Shown piece after piece: positions 26,304 to 35,013 of a stretch of DNA of 64,000 nucleotides. This DNA comes from a virus, in the IMG/VR virus record IMGVR_UViG_3300005563_000004, positions 3,332 through 67,331 of that record, one strand, 5' to 3'. Every line of letters starts with the position of its first letter. Within the stretch, counting starts at the first letter, position 1. The translations under genes were made by a program, and so were the position numbers. The notes beneath the pieces were generated by a model. It ran no database searches, was not told the origin of the DNA, and saw only the letters and a program-made list of their open reading frames with translations.

Positions 26304-26749
26304 TGCCTGCGCCTGTTAGAGTTGTTCACGAAGTCGATCAGAAGGAACTGATCTGGGATCAGTGCGGCAGCTATCTGAAGGGTCTTCAGCCGCTGGCCGA
26401 TCGCGTGCTTGTTGTGATGTACGAGCGCACCAACCAGGGCGAGGGTAGGGAAGCGAAGACCGCTGGCGGCATTATCATGGTCAAGAGCCAGAGCCGCACT
26501 GGGGCCGCTGAGCAGGATAAGTATCAGGGCCGGCTGGGGCTGGTCATGGCGCTGGGGCCGCTGGCCTTCAAGACTGATGCGACCCACGACTGGGGGGGCG
26601 TCACGCCCAAGGTCAACGACTGGGTCATGTTCGACTCCATCTCGAATTTCTCGCCGTTCGATCTGCCGAATGACAGGCGGGCGCGGTTCATCTTGGATCG
26701 TGCCATCGAGGCGCTTGTTCCCGACGAGACGTTCGACGCCATTTGGTAA
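26303..26749 (+). CDS. phage GroES-like co-chaperonin
   Basis: LQPLADRVLV...KTAGGII...G.V.ALGPLAF...KV.DWV.F. Confidence 0.85.
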   Translation: MPAPVRVVHEVDQKELIWDQCGSYLKGLQPLADRVLVVMYERTNQGEGREAKTAGGIIMVKSQSRTGAAEQDKYQGRLGLVMALGPLAFKTDATHDWGGVTPKVNDWVMFDSISNFSPFDLPNDRRARFILDRAIEALVPDETFDAIW

Positions 26750-26761
26750 GGAGGCGGCGCG

Positions 26762-26986
26762 ATGTGCTTCGGTTTTGGCTGGATTGAGCATTTCCTGATC
26801 TGGCTGGTGGTGGTTGGAGCCGTTGTCGCGATCCTGAAGATACTTGTCCCGCTGGCGCTATCGCAGTTGGGCGTGGCTGGCGACGTGGTGCTTCGGATCA
26901 TCAGCATCATCGTCTGGGCCATCGTGGTAATCGCGATCATTTACCTAGCGTTTGGGCTGATCACCTGTTTGCCAGGTTGGCGATAA
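26762..26986 (+). CDS. two-TM membrane protein
   Basis: AAGGAGG SD; two hydrophobic helices. Confidence 0.7.
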   Translation: MCFGFGWIEHFLIWLVVVGAVVAILKILVPLALSQLGVAGDVVLRIISIIVWAIVVIAIIYLAFGLITCLPGWR

Positions 26987-27015
26987 AACACCGGGCGTTC
27001 CGGCAGGAGAACTAA

Positions 27016-27906
27016 ATGTCAGAGACGACGGCGAGCCAAGTTGGCGAGCCAGCAGACGGCCAAGTTTCCGATGATGATGTCCGGCGGATGCTGGACGAGT
27101 ATCGGGACAAGAGTACCAGACTAGAGCAAGAACTAGCCGACGAGCGACGACAGCGACAGACCGTCGAGCGGGACCGCGATACCCATGCCGCCCGCGTCGT
27201 CAGTGAGACCGAGCAGCGCTACAACGCCGAACTGAACGCAGTCTCCACAGCATACACCTCCGCCAGCGAGGCGGTCGTTTCAGCCAAGGCGGCCTATCGG
27301 GCCGCGCTGGCAGACGGCGACCACGACAAGGCGGCCGATCTGCAGGAGGCTATCGCCAAGGCGGTGGGCCGGCGCGAGCAGGCCGAGGCTTACAAGGCGC
27401 AGCTGGAGAAGAACAAAGATCAGATCCTGCGGCCCCAGCAAACCCGGCAGGATGACGAATATGGCGGCCTGCAGCTGACATCTGAGGAGCGGTCGTGGGT
27501 TTCCTCGCGTCCGCAGTTCCGCACCGACGGTAGCTACCGCAACCGCGTGGTTGGCGCGTCGCAGATTGCCGCGGCAGAGGGTCATGGTCGCGGTTCCGAA
27601 GGCTACTTTCGCCGGATCGAGGAGATCATGGGCGAGGGGAAGCGTGCGGATCAGGAGCGTCGCGAGCCGGATCATGATGAACCAGCACCGCGGCGTCCGT
27701 CAGCCGATGTTGCGCCGACGCGGCGCGCGCAGCCTGGCGCGCAGCCGGCGGGCAGGGTGCGCGTGGAACTGAGCGCCGATGAGCGGGAGGTGGCCGACGC
27801 CATGTATGGCAATCCCACCCATGACGGCTATGTCGCGGATGACGCCGCGCGGTACGAAAAGTACTTCAAGCACAAGCAGGCCATGCGTGCCTCGGGGAGA
27901 CTGTAA
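27016..27906 (+). CDS. capsid scaffolding protein
   Basis: Charged coiled coil; C-terminal V.LS..E..VA...Y..K; position before the capsid genes. Confidence 0.7.
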   Translation: MSETTASQVGEPADGQVSDDDVRRMLDEYRDKSTRLEQELADERRQRQTVERDRDTHAARVVSETEQRYNAELNAVSTAYTSASEAVVSAKAAYRAALADGDHDKAADLQEAIAKAVGRREQAEAYKAQLEKNKDQILRPQQTRQDDEYGGLQLTSEERSWVSSRPQFRTDGSYRNRVVGASQIAAAEGHGRGSEGYFRRIEEIMGEGKRADQERREPDHDEPAPRRPSADVAPTRRAQPGAQPAGRVRVELSADEREVADAMYGNPTHDGYVADDAARYEKYFKHKQAMRASGRL

Positions 27907-28394
27907 TGGCACATCAGCCGGTCAATCAGGTGCGCGCTGAGCAGCGCCTGCCGCAGCGGGAGAAGATTTACAACTCGCTGAACATCTTCGACTACGACGA
28001 GACCAAGCGCCCTCGCGGTTATCGATATGAGTGGAAGCGCTGCAAGATCGCCGGGATGGAGGATGAGGACAACATGATCATGGCGGAGCAGAACGGCTGG
28101 GTGCCGGTTCCTGCCTCTCGCCATCCTGAGCTTTCCGGGAACCGGCGCGCGCAGGAAAATCCCAATTCCTCGATCGTCAGGCGCGGCCTGATGCTCATGG
28201 AGATACCCGAGCATTACTATCAGCAGTCGCAAGAACAGGATCGTTTTGCCGCCGAACACTCGCTGGAGTCACAGATCCAGCGTCTCGGTCTGCAGGCGCG
28301 GCGCAACGGTGCCCGCGGCATCGGTCGCACGCGCGAGCAGGTAGACGTGCCGATATCGCGTCGCCGTAGCGGCGAGGGAGAACTGGTCGAGTGA
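27906..28394 (+). CDS. conserved head-region protein
   Basis: GY.YEWKR...GW.PVPA.RHPE...GL.LME.P. Confidence 0.7.
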   Translation: MAHQPVNQVRAEQRLPQREKIYNSLNIFDYDETKRPRGYRYEWKRCKIAGMEDEDNMIMAEQNGWVPVPASRHPELSGNRRAQENPNSSIVRRGLMLMEIPEHYYQQSQEQDRFAAEHSLESQIQRLGLQARRNGARGIGRTREQVDVPISRRRSGEGELVE

Positions 28395-28624
28395 CCGGCT
28401 CCACATCACCAGGTCTCGACTCGCTGGTGCTGCAATGGAACATGGGCCGGCGTGAGAAGGCGCTGGCCATGCTCGAAAGCAATCAGGCGCTGGTCGATCA
28501 GCTCAAACAGGAGATCGCCCGGCTGGAAACGCCGGGCACACGCGATCTGCTGAAGACGGACACGCTATCGCAGCAGCTGCACCGCGTTCTGAAGGCGATT
28601 CAGTCGGCTACCACACCGTCATAG
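28391..28624 (+). CDS. hypothetical coiled-coil protein
   Basis: GTGA overlap coupling. Confidence 0.5.
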   Translation: MTGSTSPGLDSLVLQWNMGRREKALAMLESNQALVDQLKQEIARLETPGTRDLLKTDTLSQQLHRVLKAIQSATTPS

Positions 28625-29324
28625 TTTCCAGATCGACGTGGCCGACGCGGCATCCGCAGTCGACGGCACAGCGGTAGCCTAGCTCAGACGCATTGGCCCA
28701 AAAGTCCAGATCGTGCGTTCGCACTCTTGTGGCGGTTGCCTTGGTCTCGAACAGGGGCCGCGGCAGCCTCTCGTCCTTGAACATCTCGATCCGAAACAGG
28801 GTAAAGCCCATGCTGACCGCGTGGCACTCGACCAGCGAACCGTCCGTTGCCGGTGGCTGCGGGCAGAAATGGTTCTCGCCCGGCTTGCCCCAGATATGGG
28901 CGAAGCCGTTTTCCGCCTTGTTGAAGTAGAGGCCGCTGATCGCCGAGAGGTGCGGATTTTCCTGCATCCGCGCCAGCAGACGGATCATGCCATCCGGCGG
29001 CGGCAGGTTGTCGTGCTCGATCGTGAGCAGGAATTTCCATTTGGATAGCTGTTCGTTCTTCAGAATTACCTCATCGATTACCTCAGAGTAAGCGTACCCC
29101 ACTTCGTGGTCGATCGAGTACAGCCGGGCGACTTGAGTGTTCGGCGGGTGCTGCAGGCTACCCCAAGAGACGACTGATAGCGTCGGGACGGCCTTGGTCA
29201 CGGGCGAGAAGATGACCGTCGTCAGGTTGTCCCAGAGACCCGACTTGTGCAGTCGGGCAGCTACTTGGTCCAGGTTGTCATTGTTTATGCCGCCATAGGC
29301 GGAAATGAAGGTGATGTCTGCCAT
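28608..29324 (-). CDS. GT2/GT-A fold glycosyltransferase-like protein
   Basis: FLLTIEHDN..PPD...RLL; ISGLYF; MGFTLFR..F; HDLDF......GY...VD....GHV. Confidence 0.75.
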   Translation of the reverse strand: MADITFISAYGGINNDNLDQVAARLHKSGLWDNLTTVIFSPVTKAVPTLSVVSWGSLQHPPNTQVARLYSIDHEVGYAYSEVIDEVILKNEQLSKWKFLLTIEHDNLPPPDGMIRLLARMQENPHLSAISGLYFNKAENGFAHIWGKPGENHFCPQPPATDGSLVECHAVSMGFTLFRIEMFKDERLPRPLFETKATATRVRTHDLDFWANASELGYRCAVDCGCRVGHVDLETMTVW

Positions 29325-29346
29325 GCGCGCGTCAGTAGCATAGTCC

Positions 29347-29376
29347 TTGACGAAAGACATACCGATCCCGTAGCGT
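29347..29376 (+). promoter_or_regulatory. sigma70-like promoter for the capsid operon
   Basis: TTGACG-N18-TAGCGT. Confidence 0.4.
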
Positions 29377-29381
29377 CCGGC

Positions 29382-29514
29382 CAGCCAAGCGCGCCATTCC
29401 GCGTCGGAATGTTGATGCGCGGCTGAGCCGAAGCAGGTTTGCGTGTCGTTCGCCTGCCAGCTGGGTGTTCCAGTCAATCGCAACCAATTCTCCCCGGTCC
29501 TTATGGACCGGGGA
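29382..29514 (+). ncRNA. structured 5' leader of the capsid operon
   Basis: Three consecutive stems, including the perfect TCCCCGGTCC-TTAT-GGACCGGGGA. Confidence 0.5.
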
Positions 29515-29533
29515 CGTATGGAGTGGACTGGAC

Positions 29534-30166
29534 GTGGCAGCGAACACATTCGCCCCCAGCGGTTTCCATCCGGTGTTCATGTTCGGCGGATCGCCGACCA
29601 ACTTCGGAATCTGGGACCGGCAGCTTACCTGGAATTACGCCTCCAACATCGCGTTCGGTGATCCGGTCAAGCAGGACACGAACGGGATGATCAACGTGGT
29701 GGCCAACGGTGGCACGACCATCGACGGCATCGCGTTGGGGCTTAATTACTTTGATCCGAACAACATCCTCGGCGGGCGCTATCACCCGGCGTGGCTGCAG
29801 CCGGCTCTGACCTCCAGCGTCGCGGTGTCGGTCAAGGTCATGGCCGATCCACGCATGGTGCTCTACTGCCAGGCGAAGGGCACGGCGGTCACAGCCACAG
29901 CGATCGGCAAGAACGTCGACATCTCGACTGGCACCAGCGCTGCGCCGGTTACCGGCTCCGGTCTGAGCACATGTGCTCTGGATGTTGCCAACGCGGCGAC
30001 CACCAGCACCTTGCCGTTCCGCATCGTCGGCATCGTGGGTGTGACGCCTGGCTTCAGCCCGGCTGCTCCCTGCATCAGCCCCTCATACGTCGGCACCAAC
30101 GACAATCAGTGGCTGGCTGTGATGATGAATACGCAAGACCTGACCACACGCAGCGGTCAGGCATAA
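29534..30166 (+). CDS. capsid decoration/auxiliary protein
   Basis: ANTFAP.GF.PV...I..GDPV...V..DP...T..LPFRIVG; directly upstream of the MCP. Confidence 0.75.
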   Translation: MAANTFAPSGFHPVFMFGGSPTNFGIWDRQLTWNYASNIAFGDPVKQDTNGMINVVANGGTTIDGIALGLNYFDPNNILGGRYHPAWLQPALTSSVAVSVKVMADPRMVLYCQAKGTAVTATAIGKNVDISTGTSAAPVTGSGLSTCALDVANAATTSTLPFRIVGIVGVTPGFSPAAPCISPSYVGTNDNQWLAVMMNTQDLTTRSGQA

Positions 30167-30178
30167 GGAGCCGCGGGA

Positions 30179-31087
30179 ATGCCTATTAACAGAGCTTCAG
30201 CCCGCGACCTTCTCCTCCCAGGTCTTGCGGACATCGAGGGCAAGTATCCTCAGCTGCCGACGCGGTACAAGGAATGGGCGTCGACCAGCACCTCCAAGAT
30301 GGCCATGGAGCGCATCGATGAGATGCGGTACACTGGCCTGGCCCAGCTCAAGGGCGAAGGCGCGGCGACCACATTCGACAACGCTTCCGGCCAGCGTTTC
30401 ACCTACGTCGCCAACATGATCAACGTGGGCCTTGGCTTCGCCATCACCCGCGAGATGCTGGACGACAACCTCTACAAAGAGCAGTTCGGACCATCCTCGA
30501 TGGGGCTGGCGGAGTCTTTCGCCCAGTTCAAAGAGGTCTACGTCCACACGCTGCTGAACAACGCCACCACCTACAACAGCGAGATCGTCGCTGACGGTGT
30601 GGCGCTGGCGTCAACGGCGCATCCTATCGACAACGGCACCTACGCCAACACCTTCTCCACGCAGCTCGACTTCAACGAGGCGGCGGTGGAGTCGGCGCTG
30701 AACACCATTCGCCTCTGGCCGGATCAGGCCGGACTGCTGGCCATGGTGCGCGCCCGTAAGGTGGTGGTGCCGGTGGCGCTGTCATGGGCAGCTGAGCGGC
30801 TATTCAAGACCGAACTGCGCACCAACACCAACAACAACGACGTGTCGGCGATCATCACCTCTGGCGCCATGCCGGAAGGCTACGTGGTCAGCGAATTTCT
30901 CACGTCGTCGTTCGCCTGGTTCGTCATGACGAATGTGCGCGGGCTTCGGGTGTTCGACCGCATCCCGTACGAGATGGACCTGCAGGTCGATCCGACCACG
31001 GGCAACCTGCTGGTTGTCGGGTACGAGCGCTACGGCATCACCTACAGCAATCCGCGCTCCGTATTCGTCAGCACGCCGACCTCTTAA
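30179..31087 (+). CDS. major capsid protein (HK97 fold, Mu gpT-like family)
   Basis: LLLPGL, K.EG....FD, LGFAITRE..DDNLY, DGVAL.ST.HP, LTS..AWF, ERY.....PR. Confidence 0.9.
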   Translation: MPINRASARDLLLPGLADIEGKYPQLPTRYKEWASTSTSKMAMERIDEMRYTGLAQLKGEGAATTFDNASGQRFTYVANMINVGLGFAITREMLDDNLYKEQFGPSSMGLAESFAQFKEVYVHTLLNNATTYNSEIVADGVALASTAHPIDNGTYANTFSTQLDFNEAAVESALNTIRLWPDQAGLLAMVRARKVVVPVALSWAAERLFKTELRTNTNNNDVSAIITSGAMPEGYVVSEFLTSSFAWFVMTNVRGLRVFDRIPYEMDLQVDPTTGNLLVVGYERYGITYSNPRSVFVSTPTS

Positions 31088-31099
31088 GGAACCCAGCTA

Positions 31100-31579
31100 A
31101 TGCCCGGTCCCGGTAGCACCTCGCTAGGCGGCCCGATCATGGTCGGCACCAAGCTGGCAAATCCTCCGGCTGGTAACGGCGACATCGGCACGGTCGTTCT
31201 GCAGCAGGACGTGACGCTGACGCACAACGGCACGAACACCGTCGATCAGACGCTGCTCCTGCCTGGTGGCGCGCAGATCATCGACATCATCTCGGACACG
31301 ACCACCGCCTGGAACTCGGCCACCTCCGACACGTTGTCGGTCGGGCTGACCTCTGGCGGCACGGACTATGCGAGCGGTGTCGATGTTAAGGCTGGTGCCG
31401 CGCGCATCCGGCCGACATTCACCACGACGCAGCTGACCAACATGCTGAACATCGGCACTGGCTCGCCGCAGATCACCATCCACGCGACGGTGACGCCGGT
31501 TGGTTCGGCTGCTGCTGGCGTAACGACCGTCACGATCCTCTACCTCATGACCGTGCAGTCGACGCTGGGCACCTCATAG
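31100..31579 (+). CDS. virion structural protein
   Basis: LP.G.QI.DI......WN....LSVG; located after the MCP. Confidence 0.7.
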   Translation: MPGPGSTSLGGPIMVGTKLANPPAGNGDIGTVVLQQDVTLTHNGTNTVDQTLLLPGGAQIIDIISDTTTAWNSATSDTLSVGLTSGGTDYASGVDVKAGAARIRPTFTTTQLTNMLNIGTGSPQITIHATVTPVGSAAAGVTTVTILYLMTVQSTLGTS

Positions 31580-31583
31580 TCAA

Positions 31584-32276
31584 ATGCGGCCGGTCTCGCT
31601 CACGAAGACGCTGGCGGCGGCCTCCGCCAATAATATCTGCCTTTCGCAAGCGCTTGCGGCTGCCGGCAATCTCAATCTGAATGGCAGCACTTCTGTCGCT
31701 GCGCAGGGGACTGCCGGCACGTTCGGCTTCATCCCCAAGCAGGCGGTGCTGGATACCCAGCGGCGCATCCTGTTTACGCCTGCCGGCGCAGAGGCGGGGA
31801 AGATAGCGACGATCATCGGCACCAACGACTCTGGTGCGATCATCTCTGAGACCCTGACGATGGTCAGCAACCCATCAACGGTTGCCTCGGCGCTGGACTA
31901 CAAAACCGTTCTGCAGATTTCGTTCGCTGTAGCGCTTGCCTCCACGATCACGGTTGGCACCAACACCACCGGTTCGACGGTGTGGGTCATGCCGAACTTC
32001 CACCTGACGCCGTTTGCGGTGGACGTGCGAAGCCAGGTCAGCGGATCGGTTACGTTCCAGGGCGAGACCACCGACGACGACTTTTTCACCGCGATAAACA
32101 ACGCCGGCCTCGTGAACCTGACGCCGGCCGTCAACGCGGCGACCATCATCGCCTCTGGGACCACTGCGGCAGTGACCGCACTGACCAGTCCATTCCGTGG
32201 CTTTCGGCTCACGGTAACAACGGGCACCGGAACCGTTACTGCGCAGTTCGAGCAGGCCGGCATCGTGAATTACTAA
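31584..32276 (+). CDS. virion structural protein
   Basis: Beta-rich; C-terminal P..GFRL.V..GTGTV.....QAG. Confidence 0.7.
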   Translation: MRPVSLTKTLAAASANNICLSQALAAAGNLNLNGSTSVAAQGTAGTFGFIPKQAVLDTQRRILFTPAGAEAGKIATIIGTNDSGAIISETLTMVSNPSTVASALDYKTVLQISFAVALASTITVGTNTTGSTVWVMPNFHLTPFAVDVRSQVSGSVTFQGETTDDDFFTAINNAGLVNLTPAVNAATIIASGTTAAVTALTSPFRGFRLTVTTGTGTVTAQFEQAGIVNY

Positions 32277-32299
32277 CGGAAGGCAAAGGAGCTATCCGA

Positions 32300-32686
32300 A
32301 TGGCATACAAGAAGCGCAGTGAGCGGAAGGGCCGCTCCTTCGGCGGCAGAGCCGAAAAGAACGAGCACCAGTACGACGCGCAGGGATCGCCGGAGGAAAA
32401 GGCGGAGCACGCCAAAAGCGAGGGCTTCAAGCGCGGCGGATCGCATCACCACCGCAAGCATGGTGGTAATGTCGAGGGCGAGCACGCGCATCATCACATG
32501 GGCCACCGCAAGCGCGGCGGCGGTGTGCATGAGGAGCATGAGCATCACGCCAAGGGCGGCAAGGTCGGGCGCATGAGCCACCACGCGGCGGCGCGCGGCG
32601 GCTCGCCGTTCAGTTCCGGGCGCGCGAAGTCCGGTCCCAGCAACGGTAAAGGATCGCCTGGAGAGCAAGCCCCACTGGAACCATGA
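32300..32686 (+). CDS. His/Lys-rich disordered protein with xxGG repeats
   Basis: AAGGAG SD; RSFGG, FKRGG, RKHGG, RKRGG, HAKGG, AARGG. Confidence 0.8.
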   Translation: MAYKKRSERKGRSFGGRAEKNEHQYDAQGSPEEKAEHAKSEGFKRGGSHHHRKHGGNVEGEHAHHHMGHRKRGGGVHEEHEHHAKGGKVGRMSHHAAARGGSPFSSGRAKSGPSNGKGSPGEQAPLEP

Positions 32687-32934
32687 GGGCCGCAGGGGGG
32701 CGACTCTCTGCGGCCGACACCGAAAACCGAGTCCAGCCGAAACTTCTGGCGCGCGGTGGCGGCATCCACATCAAGCCGTCGCACCGCGGGCTTCTGACCA
32801 AGGAGGTCGGCAAGAGCGGACTGAAGGTGGGCAACCTTCGCAAAGAGATTGCTCACGACAAGGCTGAAGGGAACACGGCCAAGGAGAAACGCGAGGTTTT
32901 TGCGTTGAACGCCAAGACCAAGTTCCACCACTAA
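32683..32934 (+). CDS. small basic protein with xxGG motifs
   Basis: RAAGG, LARGG, IHIKPSHRG.LT...R..FA.NA..F.H. Confidence 0.7.
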   Translation: MRAAGGRLSAADTENRVQPKLLARGGGIHIKPSHRGLLTKEVGKSGLKVGNLRKEIAHDKAEGNTAKEKREVFALNAKTKFHH

Positions 32935-32944
32935 GGAGGTTCAC

Positions 32945-33199
32945 ATGCGCCGGATAGTTGGAACCAGCTTTCTGGCGCTCCTCTTGGCAGTGCCGGCCTT
33001 CGCACAGACGCCGGCCGTCATTGACGGGCCGCTGACGATCAACGGCAATCTTCAGGTGAATGGAGCTGCCCAGATGCGGCAGCAGACGGTGCTTCAGGGC
33101 ACTATCCTCAAGGCGCCCAACCTGCCATCTGCGGCACCCGCCCAGCACTGCGCGATCTGGGTCAACAACGGGGTGCTGAACAGAACGGTGTGCCCGTGA
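32945..33199 (+). CDS. small secreted protein
   Basis: AAGGAGG SD; signal peptide ending AFA-Q; two Cys. Confidence 0.7.
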   Translation: MRRIVGTSFLALLLAVPAFAQTPAVIDGPLTINGNLQVNGAAQMRQQTVLQGTILKAPNLPSAAPAQHCAIWVNNGVLNRTVCP

Positions 33200-34407
33200 G
33201 TGGCACGACCGGCACATATGCGTTCAATCCGGCGCTGAGCGAGATCGCAATCGACGCTTTCGAGCGTTGCGGAAAGTCGCTGCAAACGTTGACCGACCAG
33301 ACCGGCTATATCCAGTCCGCGCGCCGGTCGATGAACTTTGTGCTCTCCTCGTGGAGCAACCGCGGCGTGAACCTCTGGACGGTGCAGGAAGTGCACCAGT
33401 TCATGCCGCAGGGCGTGGCGCAGTATTTCGATGACGCAAGCTGTGTCGAGATCCTGCCAGCGAGCGTCGTGCTGCGGCAGTACCTGATGGGGGCGCCCGT
33501 CTCGGTCTCACCCGCCTTCGCCACCACGGCCGGATCGAATGTGGTCACGGTGGCGGGCTTTAACCCGACGCCGACTGTCGGAAGCTACGTGAACATTGGC
33601 GTCATGGTCAGCGTTGGCGGAGTGATCCTTGATGGCTTTTACCCGGTGCAGTCAGTACCGATTTCTGGCTCAGCCACGATCTTGGCAAACGCGGCTGCGA
33701 CGGCGACGACATCGAATGCCGGGTCTGTCCCGGTATTTTCGATGACGGCCGGCTCCAACGTCGTCACCGTCACCTTCGCCAATCACGGACTGCTGGCCGG
33801 CGCGACTTTCACCGTCGAGAGCGCGACGGCGATCGGCGGCGGACAGCTGCTTGGTCCCTATACGGTGCTGGCGGCAAACCTGACCGCCAACACCTTCCAG
33901 ATCACTGCCTCGTTCAACGCCGGCTTCAACACGAATATCGGCGAGAACGGCGGGCAGACGCTGCTGACCAGCCAGGCGATGACGCCGGGCACCGCGGCCA
34001 ATCCGACAGACATTACGCTCTGGGCGATCAGCCGCGACGAGTACATGGAGATCCCGAACAAGTCGCAGCAGGCGCGCCCGACCAGCTTTTGGATCGATCG
34101 CCAGGTGGTGCCGGTGTTCAACATCTGGCCGGTGCCGGACGAGAACGGCCCATACGAACTGCGCTATCGCCGCTCGCGGCAGATCCAGGATGCGGATCTG
34201 GCCGGCGGCCTGCAGATCCAGACGCCGTATCGCTTCCTCGAGGCGTTCACCGCGGACCTCGCCGCGCACCTTGCACTGAAGTTCGCGCCCGATCGGCTCG
34301 CGGTGCTGAAGCCGTACGCCACTGAGCAATGGGTGCTGGCGAGCGAGGAAGACCGCGAAGTTGTCAGCACATACATCGTGCCTGACTTCGCGGGGTACTA
34401 CGGATAG
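33196..34407 (+). CDS. head-tail adaptor with inserted tandem beta domains
   Basis: DAFERCG...ARRSMN....WSNRGVNLWTV; ISRDEY..IPNK....RP..FW; IWPVPD; PYRFLEAF..LA. Confidence 0.75.
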   Translation: MSGTTGTYAFNPALSEIAIDAFERCGKSLQTLTDQTGYIQSARRSMNFVLSSWSNRGVNLWTVQEVHQFMPQGVAQYFDDASCVEILPASVVLRQYLMGAPVSVSPAFATTAGSNVVTVAGFNPTPTVGSYVNIGVMVSVGGVILDGFYPVQSVPISGSATILANAAATATTSNAGSVPVFSMTAGSNVVTVTFANHGLLAGATFTVESATAIGGGQLLGPYTVLAANLTANTFQITASFNAGFNTNIGENGGQTLLTSQAMTPGTAANPTDITLWAISRDEYMEIPNKSQQARPTSFWIDRQVVPVFNIWPVPDENGPYELRYRRSRQIQDADLAGGLQIQTPYRFLEAFTADLAAHLALKFAPDRLAVLKPYATEQWVLASEEDREVVSTYIVPDFAGYYG

Positions 34408-34413
34408 CGCGCG

Positions 34414-35013
34414 ATGGGCATTCAGCAATCCAGTCGCTGTTACGCCGACATCCGCAAGCCGCAGCCGTGGGCGTTCTGCGACCGCTGCAACAATCGCGTG
34501 TTTCATCACGATCTGCGCTGGCAGTTCGACTATCGCGGGCCGAAGCTGGCGAACCTGTGCATTCTCGTGTGCGATCGCTGCTACGATCAGCCGTACGAAT
34601 TTAATCGGCCGATTGTCATCGGTCCCGACCCAGTCCCAGTGAAAGATCCGCGGCCTGGCTATCTGGCGCAGCAGGCGGGGCCGGCGCCGCCGCCGTTCTT
34701 TCCGTTCCAGATCCAGCCGGTGCCGCCGGGGCGGTTCGTCTTTCTCACGGATGACCTGGGCAACGTCATCACTGATGATCTTGGCCAGCCGATCGAGATT
34801 GAGGCCGGCACGGCGCTCGTGCCGCCGATCCCGCCGGTCACGTTCCAGTACCTGACAGACGACCTCGGCAACGTCATCACCGATGACCTCGGCCAACCGA
34901 TCGAGTTTGAGGTTGGCGGCGGTGGCCCAACGCCGATCCCACCAACGCCACCGTCAGGCAATCTGGTCTTCACGGGGCCTGGTTCATCTCAATACGTGCC
35001 GGTGGTCCTATGA
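34414..35013 (+). CDS. CDRC Zn-finger protein with duplicated LTDDLGNVITDDLGQPIE
   Basis: CDRC twice, DP.PV..PRP, and an internal repeat. Confidence 0.75.
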   Translation: MGIQQSSRCYADIRKPQPWAFCDRCNNRVFHHDLRWQFDYRGPKLANLCILVCDRCYDQPYEFNRPIVIGPDPVPVKDPRPGYLAQQAGPAPPPFFPFQIQPVPPGRFVFLTDDLGNVITDDLGQPIEIEAGTALVPPIPPVTFQYLTDDLGNVITDDLGQPIEFEVGGGGPTPIPPTPPSGNLVFTGPGSSQYVPVVL

